From sequence record MW845758.1: a DNA stretch of 64,000 nucleotides, one strand, 5' to 3'. How positions within the stretch are numbered: the first letter of the stretch is position 1; each line of letters opens with the position of its first letter. This document shows positions 28,901 to 39,448 of the stretch, piece after piece. The notes under the pieces were generated by a model that did no database searches, was not told where the DNA came from, and saw nothing but the letters and a program-made list of their open reading frames with translations. A program made the position numbers and the translations under genes.

Positions 28901-31900
28901 AGGTTTGAATACCCCCCATTTCCCGAGGAAGGCCAGTCCTTTTCCTAAGCCCCCGAGTACCGAACCGATTCCGGCCACGACGTTGGTGAGTTTATCCACC
29001 AAGCCCATCACGCCACCACGTTTCTGACCACCTGCGGCTCCACCGGTTGGATGACCGTCTTCACCACGGTGTGACTGCTGACGACGGAAGAAGTTGAAGT
29101 AATCTTTCTTCTCCGTGGAGTCACCGAATTTGTTACGACGGGAGAACTTGTTCATCATTCCCCGCACGAACCCTTCAGTACCACCTGCCGCTAACGTGGA
29201 TGTACGCATTTTATCAAACCACGTAATCTCTTGTAGCCCAACCATTTGATTGAGTTTGTCGAGCATGGCCTGACCCACAGTCTTGACTTTCTTTTTACCG
29301 GTGTTGATAACACGACCGGCTGCGTCTTTGGTTTCCTCAGCAGCATCGGATAAATCCGATTTCAGTCGAGCACCGTTCAAGCCCTTACGGCGATAGAGGC
29401 GGTCACGATAGAAGTTTGCTGATTCATCATCACGACCGGCTAAGCGTTGCTCAACCAGATAACGCATGCCGATATCGTGCTCTGCACCGGTATAACGGTC
29501 AGCGATGTCCGTAGCCGCACCGTGTCCACGACGCAACATATCGCCCAGTGACTGACGACCCCGGTTCCACCATCCACTGACACGCCCACGTGCGCTGTCA
29601 AAGCGTTTACCCCAACGACGACGGGACATCACCTTACCACGACGCCAAGCGCGTGACAGGCTGTTACGTACGCCACGGATACCACCGCCTCCCGCACGGC
29701 CTTCATCTTCCATCGACGATGTCCAGCTATCGTCTTCATGGTCACCGGCTAAACGCTGGTTCAGAAGTTTATAGATGCGGATTAGGATGTGGTTGGTTTT
29801 CTTGGCACTGCCGCCAAAGCCTCCGAAGAAGCTGTTACCGGAGAACCATTTACGATCGCCAGACGACCCACGATTACCCCACCAACGTGTGAGTGGGTTA
29901 TCTTTGATCATCCCCGTGAAGCGTTCTACGCCACCCCGTAACATGCCCGGGATTTTACCGGCTAAGTCAAAGGCACCTCTCGCAAGGCGACCAATGCGCC
30001 CACCGATACGACCCAGTGGTGATTTGACATCCCGACCCCAACGGTCAACCAGTTTGAAATCGGGGTTAGCCATTTCTGCCGCAGTGATGACATCGTTACC
30101 GTGTTGGTCAACAACCGCACCTGTAACTTCACTGGCTTTATAGATGACACGACCGCCCTCTTTCAAGCGGTACTCGCCATCGCGCATGCGGTTTGCAAAC
30201 AGACGTGGGTTGGTTTCCCCTTTGACGTACACGTCGGGTTGGTTAGTGAACCAGTTACGCACTGTGCGAAGTGGGTTACCGAGTTTACTTGCCAACCGTC
30301 CGGGAGCGCCTAGGATACCCCGACCGAGTTCACCGGCTTTTGCACCGATGGCATCTGAGAGCTTACGCCACGTCGAGCCTGTATAGAAGCTTAAGTCGCC
30401 GCCCTGTGCCAAGTCCGTGGCTGAGAGAATGACATTGCCTTCAATGTCGACAATGTCACGACCCATGCGGATGTCGTCGAGTTTAAACAACTGGGTTAAG
30501 GTTGCGGCTTGGCCTTTGCCTTGCTGGTAGTAATCACCAGCGGCTAAGCGTTTGCCGTTCAGCACAACTTTACCTTGTGCGTTGTACACGTCTTTGGCCC
30601 CGAGCAGCCCTTTAGCAAAACTCTTCGCCGAAGAGAAGATATTGCCAACCCCGCCCAGTAAACGTGAACCGATACCCGGACCCGACGAAGGGCCACCAAA
30701 GCGACCGCGTAACCACGACACAATCTTCCCACCGCGAGCACGGGCATTAGACAGGCCACGACGACCTGCTCGCCAACCGGCACCGGCTGAATCCAATCCT
30801 AAGCGACCCCAGCGACGAAGTAATCCACCGCCACCTGACCCACCCGGACCACCGCCACCTCCGGGTCCCGGTGAAGGGCCGTGGAGGTCATCGCCGTCTG
30901 CACGTAACGAGTTCAGGATAAAGACCCCTTCCTCATTCATGTCACGGACGTGGTCAAGGATTTTACTCAACACGTCGTTGTAGTTGTTGCCACGAATCGC
31001 CTGAATCAGGTCATCGTTAGCGCCACCCGTACCGCCCCCACCACCTAACCGGTTACCCAGTGTTTCAAAGAGTTCTGGGAAGGTGGTTGGTTTATCACCG
31101 TAGAGTACGTTGGACATCTGCAATGCAGTAATACCGCCTCGCAGTCCACCACCGAACCCACCGCCCCGACGTTGCTCGTCAGGTTTGCCTGAACCGTCTC
31201 CGAGACCTAAGCGACGTAAGTAGTCACTGGTCGCCGAACCGTTTTTCAGTTTACGGATAATCTCTTGCTCACGTGTCAGTGAACGCCCACTTTTGGTTTT
31301 ACCCATGGCGAGGTCATTGAACAGCGTGTGTGGGTCACTGAGGTCACGGTCAACGTGGAAGACGTCGTTCTTGTCATCGTAGTGGAAGATGCCTGCATCG
31401 CGCAGGGCACGTTCACCGTAGATGCCAGTTGCCTCATCAATACGGCCCTGACGACGCGAGATAGACGACTGGATAATCGCCATCCGGTTTGCCAGCTCAT
31501 TCGACAGCTCGTAACCGCCGCCCACACCTTGGCCCGGGTGAGAGCCAAGCAGTTCCTGAATCTTCTCTGAACCGTGGAAGCCCATAAAGCGCTGGAGTGC
31601 CTGCGGGTCACGTTTCAGTGCATCGACGTTAAACGCTTTACCGGTAGAGGCACGCTCTTCGATAAAGTCGGCTAACTGTTGACGCTCTTTCTGGTTCAGG
31701 GTCTTGTTGTGGTCGAGGTAATCCACGGTGGAGTTAACACTCCCCTGCAGACGTTTACGTTCGTCATCGTTTGCCACGGCTTTACGCACACGGTTACCGA
31801 TAACCTTACGGTCAACGAATCCACGACTGGTGATGTCGTAGGTCATGTCCGCGTGTTCGCCGTAACCCCGTCGAATCGATTTGTTAATCTCACCGAGCCA

Positions 31901-33283
31901 AGCCGGTAAGACCTCGTTCAACGTCAACCACGACCGATGGTCAAACTTTGCTGCCCGGTCGAGCATGGTTGGGTTACGTTCATCGAGCATTCCCTTTTCA
32001 CGCTGTAGCGGGTCGATAATGCCAAGCATGTTCAGGGCTTTGAACAATCCACCCAGTGGCCCCATGTCTTCCCCAGCAATCGCCGAGTTAGAAATAGAGG
32101 ACAGGTTACCGAAACCGTACTTGCCCCGTTGGGCTAAGCGCATGAACTCCGGGTTCTGTTCGAGCTTCTCACGGGTGGCTTTTTGTAGCTTCTCAACCTG
32201 CGGACCCAGTAAGCGTTTGGCGGCTTGTGAAGCTAACCACCCTGTCGCCTTCTGTGTGCCATTCTGACGACGTTTGTCCGCCGTTAAGGTGGAACTATCA
32301 TCAAGGTCGAAATCGTCCTCTACAGCCGTTCCTAGGACCATCTCGAGCATACCACGAACGTCTCCCATTCCTTCGGAGATTTTCTTCTTGGTATTGTCCT
32401 TGATTTTGTCAATAAAGCCGTCCGCGTATTTCAGCGGGTTCGTCCAATCGGCAAGTTGACGTTTGATACGGGCGTAGTGGATTTCCGAGAAGTCTTCCTT
32501 GGCGTAATCCGGTAACGCGGTGTTCTTGACGATGGCTTCGAGTGCCGGGGTGTTACGGTCAAACTGGGCTTGGTTCAGTTTGTTTGCATCTTCCAACGCG
32601 AAGAGCATGCGGTATTGCAATTCCAGTTGCTTACGGCTGATGTTGAGCATCACACCTTTGGCAAGGGAGGTTTGCATCTGAATGTCTTTTGCCATGCTCG
32701 TCATAACGCCGAACATTGCATCGGACTTCATGTCCCGGATGGATTCACGCAGGCGGTCTTCTACCGCGGCGTCACGCTCGTCGGCTTGGTCACGAACCTG
32801 TTGACGGTAATCACCCTGGTCACCCATGACGCTGCCGAGTTCACGATCCATCTGTGCTTGACGGGGGTCGTAATTGGCGTATTGAACGTCATCGTTTTTT
32901 GCCCAACGGTCAATCTTGCGAGTCAGCTTATCAGGCAAGTAACGACGCATTGTCGGACCGAGCTGACGGGCCTGTTGCTTCAGGACACGGTTGGTCTTTT
33001 GAAGCTCCTCTTTGGTATGAGCAAGTACGTCCTTTGTCGCTGCCGCCGCATTCTGATAGCCATCGTAGGCATCTGCCGCAGGCTTCGGCATCCCTTTCAT
33101 TATTACTTGGTCGCGCTTGCCTTTTGGCCACACGGTTGCCAACGCTGACTTACGTGCAGTGTTAAGCGTGTCCAGCACGGGCTTACGTTTCTTATCTTTT
33201 GCGCGTGGCGGCTCGTCGAAGTCATCCCAATCCATGTTGTCGAGATCAAGATCGTCGAATCCACCTTTGCCTTTTTTAGCCAT
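25964..33283 (-). CDS. Tail tape measure protein with lytic transglycosylase domain (phiKZ gp181-like)
   Basis: 2439 aa; SLT motifs AYAESKFN, GAGGLFQFIKSTW, DPYANVLLG and AYLYHFLGAG near 27100-26740. Confidence 0.9.
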   Translation of the reverse strand: MAKKGKGGFDDLDLDNMDWDDFDEPPRAKDKKRKPVLDTLNTARKSALATVWPKGKRDQVIMKGMPKPAADAYDGYQNAAAATKDVLAHTKEELQKTNRVLKQQARQLGPTMRRYLPDKLTRKIDRWAKNDDVQYANYDPRQAQMDRELGSVMGDQGDYRQQVRDQADERDAAVEDRLRESIRDMKSDAMFGVMTSMAKDIQMQTSLAKGVMLNISRKQLELQYRMLFALEDANKLNQAQFDRNTPALEAIVKNTALPDYAKEDFSEIHYARIKRQLADWTNPLKYADGFIDKIKDNTKKKISEGMGDVRGMLEMVLGTAVEDDFDLDDSSTLTADKRRQNGTQKATGWLASQAAKRLLGPQVEKLQKATREKLEQNPEFMRLAQRGKYGFGNLSSISNSAIAGEDMGPLGGLFKALNMLGIIDPLQREKGMLDERNPTMLDRAAKFDHRSWLTLNEVLPAWLGEINKSIRRGYGEHADMTYDITSRGFVDRKVIGNRVRKAVANDDERKRLQGSVNSTVDYLDHNKTLNQKERQQLADFIEERASTGKAFNVDALKRDPQALQRFMGFHGSEKIQELLGSHPGQGVGGGYELSNELANRMAIIQSSISRRQGRIDEATGIYGERALRDAGIFHYDDKNDVFHVDRDLSDPHTLFNDLAMGKTKSGRSLTREQEIIRKLKNGSATSDYLRRLGLGDGSGKPDEQRRGGGFGGGLRGGITALQMSNVLYGDKPTTFPELFETLGNRLGGGGGTGGANDDLIQAIRGNNYNDVLSKILDHVRDMNEEGVFILNSLRADGDDLHGPSPGPGGGGGPGGSGGGGLLRRWGRLGLDSAGAGWRAGRRGLSNARARGGKIVSWLRGRFGGPSSGPGIGSRLLGGVGNIFSSAKSFAKGLLGAKDVYNAQGKVVLNGKRLAAGDYYQQGKGQAATLTQLFKLDDIRMGRDIVDIEGNVILSATDLAQGGDLSFYTGSTWRKLSDAIGAKAGELGRGILGAPGRLASKLGNPLRTVRNWFTNQPDVYVKGETNPRLFANRMRDGEYRLKEGGRVIYKASEVTGAVVDQHGNDVITAAEMANPDFKLVDRWGRDVKSPLGRIGGRIGRLARGAFDLAGKIPGMLRGGVERFTGMIKDNPLTRWWGNRGSSGDRKWFSGNSFFGGFGGSAKKTNHILIRIYKLLNQRLAGDHEDDSWTSSMEDEGRAGGGGIRGVRNSLSRAWRRGKVMSRRRWGKRFDSARGRVSGWWNRGRQSLGDMLRRGHGAATDIADRYTGAEHDIGMRYLVEQRLAGRDDESANFYRDRLYRRKGLNGARLKSDLSDAAEETKDAAGRVINTGKKKVKTVGQAMLDKLNQMVGLQEITWFDKMRTSTLAAGGTEGFVRGMMNKFSRRNKFGDSTEKKDYFNFFRRQQSHRGEDGHPTGGAAGGQKRGGVMGLVDKLTNVVAGIGSVLGGLGKGLAFLGKWGVFKPAQLMARGAWAVATRALPWAVRAIASPLIAGASAVVTAVGWPVIAVVAGVVAVSYAAYKIATNVPAKYLDKMRLAQYGFRDYEKWNGDDGAKAMYLEDQLKGYISYNNGGDATLRGLSAADVEKLAEGFGVNKEEKSELISFHAFMLQRFIPIYLRWMTSIRGLETDVALKDLGDITKVSKADMQTLYGKNVLTKDSKYLKAIEDPRKVGQGFFSKLWDTVTFTSPDLLEADDVLDVQAEVEKSIKFRAEGPAAARNHLAPPTSEGVKVSGVAESVNRLAALDKDRQDNTIKKEGWEDGNEQVTIQVDYNSVIQQKDVDALQSLRVKAYGLVTLNPAQVKSLLLMERIVYPNIDVKNATFKGKWQEAIDALVPGGSTSEKADRLKYWFFNRFLPVFMTYVTGVYRYSPTSNPLDLKLSGGYLYEVGLMTSRAYSMKNDIRQSIWDIAINPFGGDANTLATSVNAELETLHVLSKEADLAVRNLMRENEKKQGRAQWKQKELSKGLYGGNAANDDPNINSYGVGSAERARGDAINGSDGYSNGGGGWNGSQEIASAGGIANYAAMTTGSSKVSLGAMGDGNYKELAEKYPRAQLNNVSNVKAMIVDVAQKLGVPPGVALGMAYAESKFNYKAWNQDSGAGGLFQFIKSTWSGRGNAAGEMQNYGNKFGIPAGSTQLDPYANVLLGVNFIRNNIKQAEKDYGGQVPPGVAYLYHFLGAGDAAKFMRAYKANPGAPANSIRYASAGVIKNNMSVFTSGGRIRSFAEVMQELNGRMGSQVANIATSNPELAKKAMGGQTPVASEPAVAAGAPAANDANGAEQRKDTALAQKGAQAANDASTQAASVTAPNPAGISTANSPSDVSTAADNAAAQAEADGMSPSDAQKVKAGYENQAAARATPRKPAGDMPASASDPVTGTSMAELIGIEKESRDFLEKMYNLMQKGGSLAAAPAAPAATAPGAAQRKQSSSAPASTLSLDRKAS

Positions 33284-33315
33284 GATATTATATTTCCAAT
33301 TCGGGAGCTGACAAC

Positions 33316-34929
33316 GTGAAAAAGCTTAACTGGGTTGACTTCTACCTGCTGAATGTCAACGCGTCCCTTGTGTCAAAACTACGACCGGTGGTCACCACCG
33401 ATACGTACCAAGGGATGACGAAAAACTTTCACCCTGAAGGTTTGTACTCTACCGAGATTTTTGGCCTCGTCGGTAGTGAAGAACGTGATGCCACGTTTTC
33501 GTACGTCGATGTAAAACTGGACATCATTTCACCTACCGTGTGCATGGGGCTCTTCAAACTGAAGGCCTTGTACGAGGACATTTGTGCGGGTCGTCGATTC
33601 GCCGTATGGAACGAGAAAGAGAAAGACTTTGAACCTGCGCTGCCGGGGGACAAGAACGCGGACACCGGGTTTAACTACTTCCTTAAACATTACAAAGAAC
33701 TGACCCCTGCCCGTAACGACTCCCTGCGTCGAGATGACACCCTTGATTTCTTCTTCAAATTCCGTGACATGTCATTGTCTCGTTATGTACTGGTTCTACC
33801 TGCCGGGTTACGCGACCTTGTGGTTCGCGAGGATGGCCGGGACCAAGAAGAAGACATTGGGGGTTTGTTCCGCCGGTTGATTTCCTTGGCGCGTGCTATT
33901 CCAGACCGTAATGCGCGAGTCGAATTAACCGACCCGGTACGTTGGCGTCTGCAGAGCACGTTCAATGACATCTGGATGTATTACTTCAACATCCTCGATG
34001 GGAAAGGCGGTTTCGCCCGCAGGAAGGTCACTCGTCGTCGGTTGATGAACGGCACACGTAACGTGTTGTCCTCGTTCCCAACCGGGTCGAAAGTGATGGG
34101 GCGTGAAGATGAGGTCAGACCGACGGACACCCGAGTGGGTTTATACCAGACCCTGAAAGCACTGCTGCCTGTGGCGCAGTTCAATATCCGCGAACGCTAC
34201 TTAGCGAACATTCGCGCAGGTGACGGTAACCTCTACGGCGTGAACACCAAAACCCTCAGACGAGAGTTTATGGAAGTAAAAGGTCGGGTCTACGACTTAT
34301 TCTCTACCGACGATGGTATTGAAACCCTGATTAACCGAATGGAAGCGCGTGAGTTACGCCACCAACCGGTGATGATTGACAAAGACCACTACGTGGCACT
34401 TATCTATCAGGACCAATACAACTTCAAAGTCTTTTACGACATCTCAGAACTGCCAGAGACCTTCGACAAGAAAAAAGTCCGAGGGATTTCACTGGCGGAA
34501 CTGCTGTATCTGTCGGGGTATGAACTGTGGAATGAGTATTTCTCGTTCGTCACACGTTACCCCGTAGCAGGCCGTGGTTCGACGTACTCCTCGACCATAA
34601 GATTGGAGACCACCACCTCTTCTCTTTACTTAAAAGAGCTGGAAGACGATTGGACGACAATCAAATCCAAAGGGGCAGTGAGCTTCCCAGACCGCAGTGT
34701 GGACACCTTCGTGGAATCGATGGCACCGCACCCAACACGTCTGGCAGGTTTAGGCGGTGACTACGATGGTGACACGGGTTCGTTCAACGCCCCGATGTCT
34801 CAAGAAGCCCTCGAAGAAAACCGCAAATGGTTGAAGTCGAAGAACTACTGGTTTGCAACAGACGGCAGCTTTAAAGTTAACCCGGTGAACGACGTCATTG
34901 CTCGTTCCATGAACGCACTGTTGCGATAA
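33316..34929 (+). CDS. Virion RNA polymerase beta-prime subunit, N-terminal fragment with catalytic loop (phiKZ gp180-like)
   Basis: FHPEGLYSTEIFG, VLPAGLRD and the catalytic GGDYDGD motif. Confidence 0.92.
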   Translation: MKKLNWVDFYLLNVNASLVSKLRPVVTTDTYQGMTKNFHPEGLYSTEIFGLVGSEERDATFSYVDVKLDIISPTVCMGLFKLKALYEDICAGRRFAVWNEKEKDFEPALPGDKNADTGFNYFLKHYKELTPARNDSLRRDDTLDFFFKFRDMSLSRYVLVLPAGLRDLVVREDGRDQEEDIGGLFRRLISLARAIPDRNARVELTDPVRWRLQSTFNDIWMYYFNILDGKGGFARRKVTRRRLMNGTRNVLSSFPTGSKVMGREDEVRPTDTRVGLYQTLKALLPVAQFNIRERYLANIRAGDGNLYGVNTKTLRREFMEVKGRVYDLFSTDDGIETLINRMEARELRHQPVMIDKDHYVALIYQDQYNFKVFYDISELPETFDKKKVRGISLAELLYLSGYELWNEYFSFVTRYPVAGRGSTYSSTIRLETTTSSLYLKELEDDWTTIKSKGAVSFPDRSVDTFVESMAPHPTRLAGLGGDYDGDTGSFNAPMSQEALEENRKWLKSKNYWFATDGSFKVNPVNDVIARSMNALLR

Positions 34930-34938
34930 GGTCTTAAC

Positions 34939-37900
34939 ATGCTGTTATTGCGCCAATTTAACCAACACTTCTCAATTCGTAAAACGGATGAGTTCAGCAA
35001 GCCGCGCATCATCCCGCTTGAGAAGTTGCAGATCCCACGTGGGTCTGTACTCCACACGGTCGACTTAGACCAAGTGGTATTGGCACCACCCAGCACCCTG
35101 CCGTATTTCAAGGAGCTGGAGAAGCCAGCCCAAATCCGTCACCATTACCGTTTAGCCTCGGATGGTATCAGTGGGAAACCTATCCCAGTGCCGGTGCAAG
35201 GTCAGGAACGTTCTATTCTGGCTTACCATCGTGCTAACCGTACGTTTCGTCGCATGCAGACCGATGAGTTGGTTCGCCGTGATAAGCGTACGCTGCTGAT
35301 TGAAAACTATACCCCGATGCTGCCGCACTACCGTTATGCCGATACCCAGCTGAGCTGGTACGATCGTCTGCGTAACGTGATGGTGACCGTAGCGCAACAG
35401 ATGAAGTACGACACGGCGGAATACAACCGTCAGAACTACTACATCCTGAACACCGGTTCAATGTTGCCTGCGTTTGATAAATTCCGTAACACGTACAGTG
35501 ACCGCATCAAAACCCGCTTAGAGCATTTCCGTAGCTTCGACCTGCTGTGGCTGTTGGAACTCTACACGTGGGCAACCGGTGAGCAGCAGCTGTCGGTATT
35601 CGATGGCATGGACTTCTCTCAGCTATCGCGCATGAACTTTATCATCGTCCACAACACCGGCTTTACGGTGATGAACATGGGCGTGATTGAGCGCATGCGT
35701 AAAAGCTCAGGTGGTCGTCTGCCGGATGAGATGGTTGCGCGTACGTTTTATAAGTTATTAGTGCAGGTGCTGACCCGTAACCCTGACCCGGTTGCTGATA
35801 TCGACTTCATTAGCCCATCGGGTGAAGAGTTGACCATCAGTGAGCCTGTTGTGGATGACGGTGAGCACATCGATGGTCTGGACGACAACGACGACATCGC
35901 TGATCTCGAAATGGTAGAAGATGATGACCACTTCGATGAGAAAGCGGACTTGGTTATCCAAGAGAAAGTTGAAGATGTCAAGCCAACCACGATTACGGTT
36001 GAGAAAGCGATTAACCACGGACAAATCATTAAAGACCAAGTGGAGCGACTGGCCGAGGCGGGCCGCCTGTCAGTCAAAGCGTACACTTTCTTGAATGAAG
36101 CGTCTGAGCGGTTTGTGTCACTGCCTAACCCGTACAACAGCAAAGAGAATTACGGTGAGGGTTTGGCCTTCACTGAAAAAGACTTGGAAGTCGAACCGGT
36201 TACGTTGGTGAAAAATACCACCGTGGCGGAAGAATCATGGATGCAAAGCACCACCGATGAGATGACCAAACGTTACAACCGCACTATGTTGCCGAAAGAC
36301 ATCTTAGGTGCAGTCGCGTCGTCTCAGCGTCTGGGTCTCGTGGTACACGACCACAAACTCGAAAAAGAAGTTGCCGTCACCGGTAACGTTGAACACCACA
36401 CCCTCCGTATTCAGCCAGTGGGCGGGGAACCTGTAACGGTCCGTTTCAGTGTTCCCGCATTGACAGAAGATGGTACGTGGGTGGCCAATGGCACCGAGTA
36501 CACCATGCGCCGTCAGCGTGTGGATGTGCCGATTCGCAAAGTCAGTTTCGATACCGTTGCCCTGACAACCGCGTACGGCAAGAACTTTGTTTCTCGTTCA
36601 GAGAAGGCAGTAAACGATTACGGTCGTTGGCTCACTAACGCAATCATTACCCGCGCGGTTGATCCGAAGAACACCGAAATCACCGATGCAAAATTGGCGA
36701 ATGTGTTTAACCCACTCCTGACGTTGCCGCGTCAGTACACGATGGTGGCTCGTCGTGTTTCGTCCTTTAATGCAATCGGATACCGCTGGAACTTTGAACA
36801 CGCCAAACGTGAAAGCTTCTTTGGTGAAGCTGTCGTGAAAGACCTCGAGAAGAAAGAACTCGTACCGGTCGCTACTGGACGCAGTGGTGTACTGGGCATG
36901 GATTCCCATTCTCAGGTTTATCGTGTCAAGGGTGACTTGATGGAACCGTTGGGTACGCTTGCTGATGCCTTGGGTATCGAGCAGGTGAAAGCTCCACGTG
37001 AAGTCACTGAGTTGAGTATCATGGGGCAAAGTCTCTCGTTGGGCTTTGTGTTCTCGTTCTATCTCGGGTTAACCGGGATGTTAAAACACTTCGGGATTCG
37101 CTACGAAGTTTTACCACCGGGACAGCGTATCGATAAGACTACGTTTGATTCGGTGATTCGTCTAGCGGACGCGAAGGTCGTTGTGATGTGTGACAACGAT
37201 AAACAGCGCATGATTGTTAACGGTCTCGACAAGTACCTGAAACACTTGGTGATGTATACCGAGTCGGAAGTGGAACGCGAGGACATCTACCTGAACCTGA
37301 TTCGCGATGCAGACAGCCTCACTCCGAGGTACGTCAATGAGCTGAAACAAATGCGGTCCGCGTTTGTCGATGACATGCACGCACGTATCTTGCGTCGGAT
37401 GGGTGAACCGGAGACTTTCATTGGCTTGCTCGAACGCAGTAATGAACTGCTGCAAACCGATCACTCGAAACCGGAAATCAACCGTGACGAGATGATGTTT
37501 ATCGGAAACCAACGTATTGCCTACCACGTCTATACTGCGATGGTGCGAGCAATGCGTAACTACCAAAACGCACCGGGTTCTTCTCGTAAGTTCGAGCTGT
37601 CGCAGGACATGATTTGGGGTGCTATTAACTCCGACCCATCTGTGCTGCTGGCACCGGGTGCAAACCCTATCCAGAACATCAAAGAGAAAGATGTTATCAC
37701 CATGGGGGGTACAGGCGGGCGTAACCGTAAGACGATGGTTTATCACACCCGTGAATTCCAACCGTCGGATTTAGGGGTTGTCTCGGGTAACACCGTGGAT
37801 AACGGGGATGTTGGTATTACCGCGTTTGCGGTGGCGAACCCAGGCTTTGATACCGTTGATGGGTTAGGGTCATCGCGCAATCCAGAGGAGTTGGCTCCGG

Positions 37901-39105
37901 CACAGTTGCTGTCGTTTATCGATGGACTGGTGCCCGATACCTTGATGGACGATGCGAAGCGTCAGAACTTCGTAGGGATTCAGTTAGGTTCGGCAATGGC
38001 TTGTGTGGGTGCGACCACCTTGCCTTATCGTACCGAGCTGGAAAAAGCCGTGGCACACCGTACATCGGTGAAGCATGCCCGGGTAATTGACAGACCGGGT
38101 AAAGTGGCGGAGGTCAGCGACGACCACATCAAAATCAAGTACGACGACGGCACCGAGGACTCGTTCCCGCTGGGTCGTTGGTTCGGGGCACACGAAGGCA
38201 GTAACTATCCACACACCGTTATTACCGATTACAAAGTCGGTGAGAAGGTTCCCGCCAATTCGGTGGTAGCGTTCAACGAGCAACACTTTGAACGTGACCT
38301 GATTGACCGTCATCAGGCGAACTGGAAGAACGGCATCGTAGGTTGGATGTCATTGATTGAAGGCGAAGAGGTTATTGAAGACTCCAACGCCATCTCTGTA
38401 CGTGCCGCGAAGTTAATGGAAGCAGATGTCACGAAGATGAAAGAAGTGACACTCGGCTTTAATCAAAACCTCATGGAAATCCTGAAGGAGGGTGACCACG
38501 TCGAAGTAGACAGTATCCTATGCACCTTCAGTGACAACCTGTCTGGCGAGATGGAAGGCTTCAGTGCCGAGGCTGCTGCAACCCTGTACGAGCTGAGTTC
38601 ATTCGCTCCACGTGCAGGTCTTCGTGGCTTCGTGGACAAGATTGAAGTCGTGTACCATGGCGACCCTGAGGACATGACACCGACGGTTGCTGCACTGGTA
38701 CAGAAATACGACCGTAGCCGTAAGAAGCGTGCGAGTGCGTTGGGTAAAGATGACATCCCAACGTCCGGTAGCGTGAACGGGGATTACCGTGTGGACGGCG
38801 TGCCGCTCGCTTACCAGAACGTGGTAGTGAAATTCTATATCACGCATCGGGTTGAGATGGCTGCCGCGGATAAGCTGGTCTTGGCCAATCAGCTGAAAAC
38901 CACAGTGTATCAAGTCATGCCCGGTGAGAACCACACTGAGAACGGTGACCCTATCGATTTCAAATTTGGACGTACCTCTGTAGATGCACGTATCGTGGGA
39001 TCGGTAATCAAAATCGGTACCACGAATGGATGTGCGCTACGTGGGGGCGAATGGGTGGGTCGTATTTTGGATGGCGAAGAACCACCGAAATTGCCGAAGC
39101 TGTAA
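34939..39105 (+). CDS. Virion RNA polymerase beta subunit, large fragment (phiKZ gp178-like)
   Basis: 1388 aa; ANGTEY..RRQRVD, DDAKRQNFVGIQLGSAM and ADKLVLANQLK parallel RpoB regions; adjacent to the beta-prime gene. Confidence 0.9.
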   Translation: MLLLRQFNQHFSIRKTDEFSKPRIIPLEKLQIPRGSVLHTVDLDQVVLAPPSTLPYFKELEKPAQIRHHYRLASDGISGKPIPVPVQGQERSILAYHRANRTFRRMQTDELVRRDKRTLLIENYTPMLPHYRYADTQLSWYDRLRNVMVTVAQQMKYDTAEYNRQNYYILNTGSMLPAFDKFRNTYSDRIKTRLEHFRSFDLLWLLELYTWATGEQQLSVFDGMDFSQLSRMNFIIVHNTGFTVMNMGVIERMRKSSGGRLPDEMVARTFYKLLVQVLTRNPDPVADIDFISPSGEELTISEPVVDDGEHIDGLDDNDDIADLEMVEDDDHFDEKADLVIQEKVEDVKPTTITVEKAINHGQIIKDQVERLAEAGRLSVKAYTFLNEASERFVSLPNPYNSKENYGEGLAFTEKDLEVEPVTLVKNTTVAEESWMQSTTDEMTKRYNRTMLPKDILGAVASSQRLGLVVHDHKLEKEVAVTGNVEHHTLRIQPVGGEPVTVRFSVPALTEDGTWVANGTEYTMRRQRVDVPIRKVSFDTVALTTAYGKNFVSRSEKAVNDYGRWLTNAIITRAVDPKNTEITDAKLANVFNPLLTLPRQYTMVARRVSSFNAIGYRWNFEHAKRESFFGEAVVKDLEKKELVPVATGRSGVLGMDSHSQVYRVKGDLMEPLGTLADALGIEQVKAPREVTELSIMGQSLSLGFVFSFYLGLTGMLKHFGIRYEVLPPGQRIDKTTFDSVIRLADAKVVVMCDNDKQRMIVNGLDKYLKHLVMYTESEVEREDIYLNLIRDADSLTPRYVNELKQMRSAFVDDMHARILRRMGEPETFIGLLERSNELLQTDHSKPEINRDEMMFIGNQRIAYHVYTAMVRAMRNYQNAPGSSRKFELSQDMIWGAINSDPSVLLAPGANPIQNIKEKDVITMGGTGGRNRKTMVYHTREFQPSDLGVVSGNTVDNGDVGITAFAVANPGFDTVDGLGSSRNPEELAPAQLLSFIDGLVPDTLMDDAKRQNFVGIQLGSAMACVGATTLPYRTELEKAVAHRTSVKHARVIDRPGKVAEVSDDHIKIKYDDGTEDSFPLGRWFGAHEGSNYPHTVITDYKVGEKVPANSVVAFNEQHFERDLIDRHQANWKNGIVGWMSLIEGEEVIEDSNAISVRAAKLMEADVTKMKEVTLGFNQNLMEILKEGDHVEVDSILCTFSDNLSGEMEGFSAEAAATLYELSSFAPRAGLRGFVDKIEVVYHGDPEDMTPTVAALVQKYDRSRKKRASALGKDDIPTSGSVNGDYRVDGVPLAYQNVVVKFYITHRVEMAAADKLVLANQLKTTVYQVMPGENHTENGDPIDFKFGRTSVDARIVGSVIKIGTTNGCALRGGEWVGRILDGEEPPKLPKL

Positions 39106-39148
39106 TTAACTCTGGCGGGTCGCTCCCGCCAAGTACCTTAACTCCGGA

Positions 39149-39448
39149 GTGAACATGAGTATTTTGGATAGCATTCGACTGCGCAACGGCATGCCGCCAG
39201 CACGTCACAGCCAGAACCGTGAAACTGACGGTTTCTCTGCGCAACAGCGCATGAACTTCGTCACCCTTGGTAACACCATTGAATTGGGTACCGAGATTTT
39301 ATTCGACCTGTTGCACAAAACCGATGGGTTGAGTGGCAAGGTCGGCGACCAGCGTTTGTACAAGCGTGACATTGCAGATATGATCGGCGGTAAAATCGCT
39401 GCGCGTATTCAGCAGGCTGTCAGCACCAATAAAGGAGGTGCCGCGTGA
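39149..39448 (+). CDS. Small probable virion protein
   Basis: GTG/ATG start after GGAG; GTGA overlap with the next gene. Confidence 0.7.
   Translation: MNMSILDSIRLRNGMPPARHSQNRETDGFSAQQRMNFVTLGNTIELGTEILFDLLHKTDGLSGKVGDQRLYKRDIADMIGGKIAARIQQAVSTNKGGAA

Noticed and set aside
30780-31200. G-rich runs in the tape measure gene as G-quadruplex or repeat elements
   Set aside because: Explained by encoded Gly/Pro linkers (GPGGGGGPGGSGGGG).
33316-39105. Inteins or introns in vRNAP genes, as occur in some phiKZ relatives
   Set aside because: ORF lengths look typical, frames are continuous, and no intein splice junction or LAGLIDADG block was seen.
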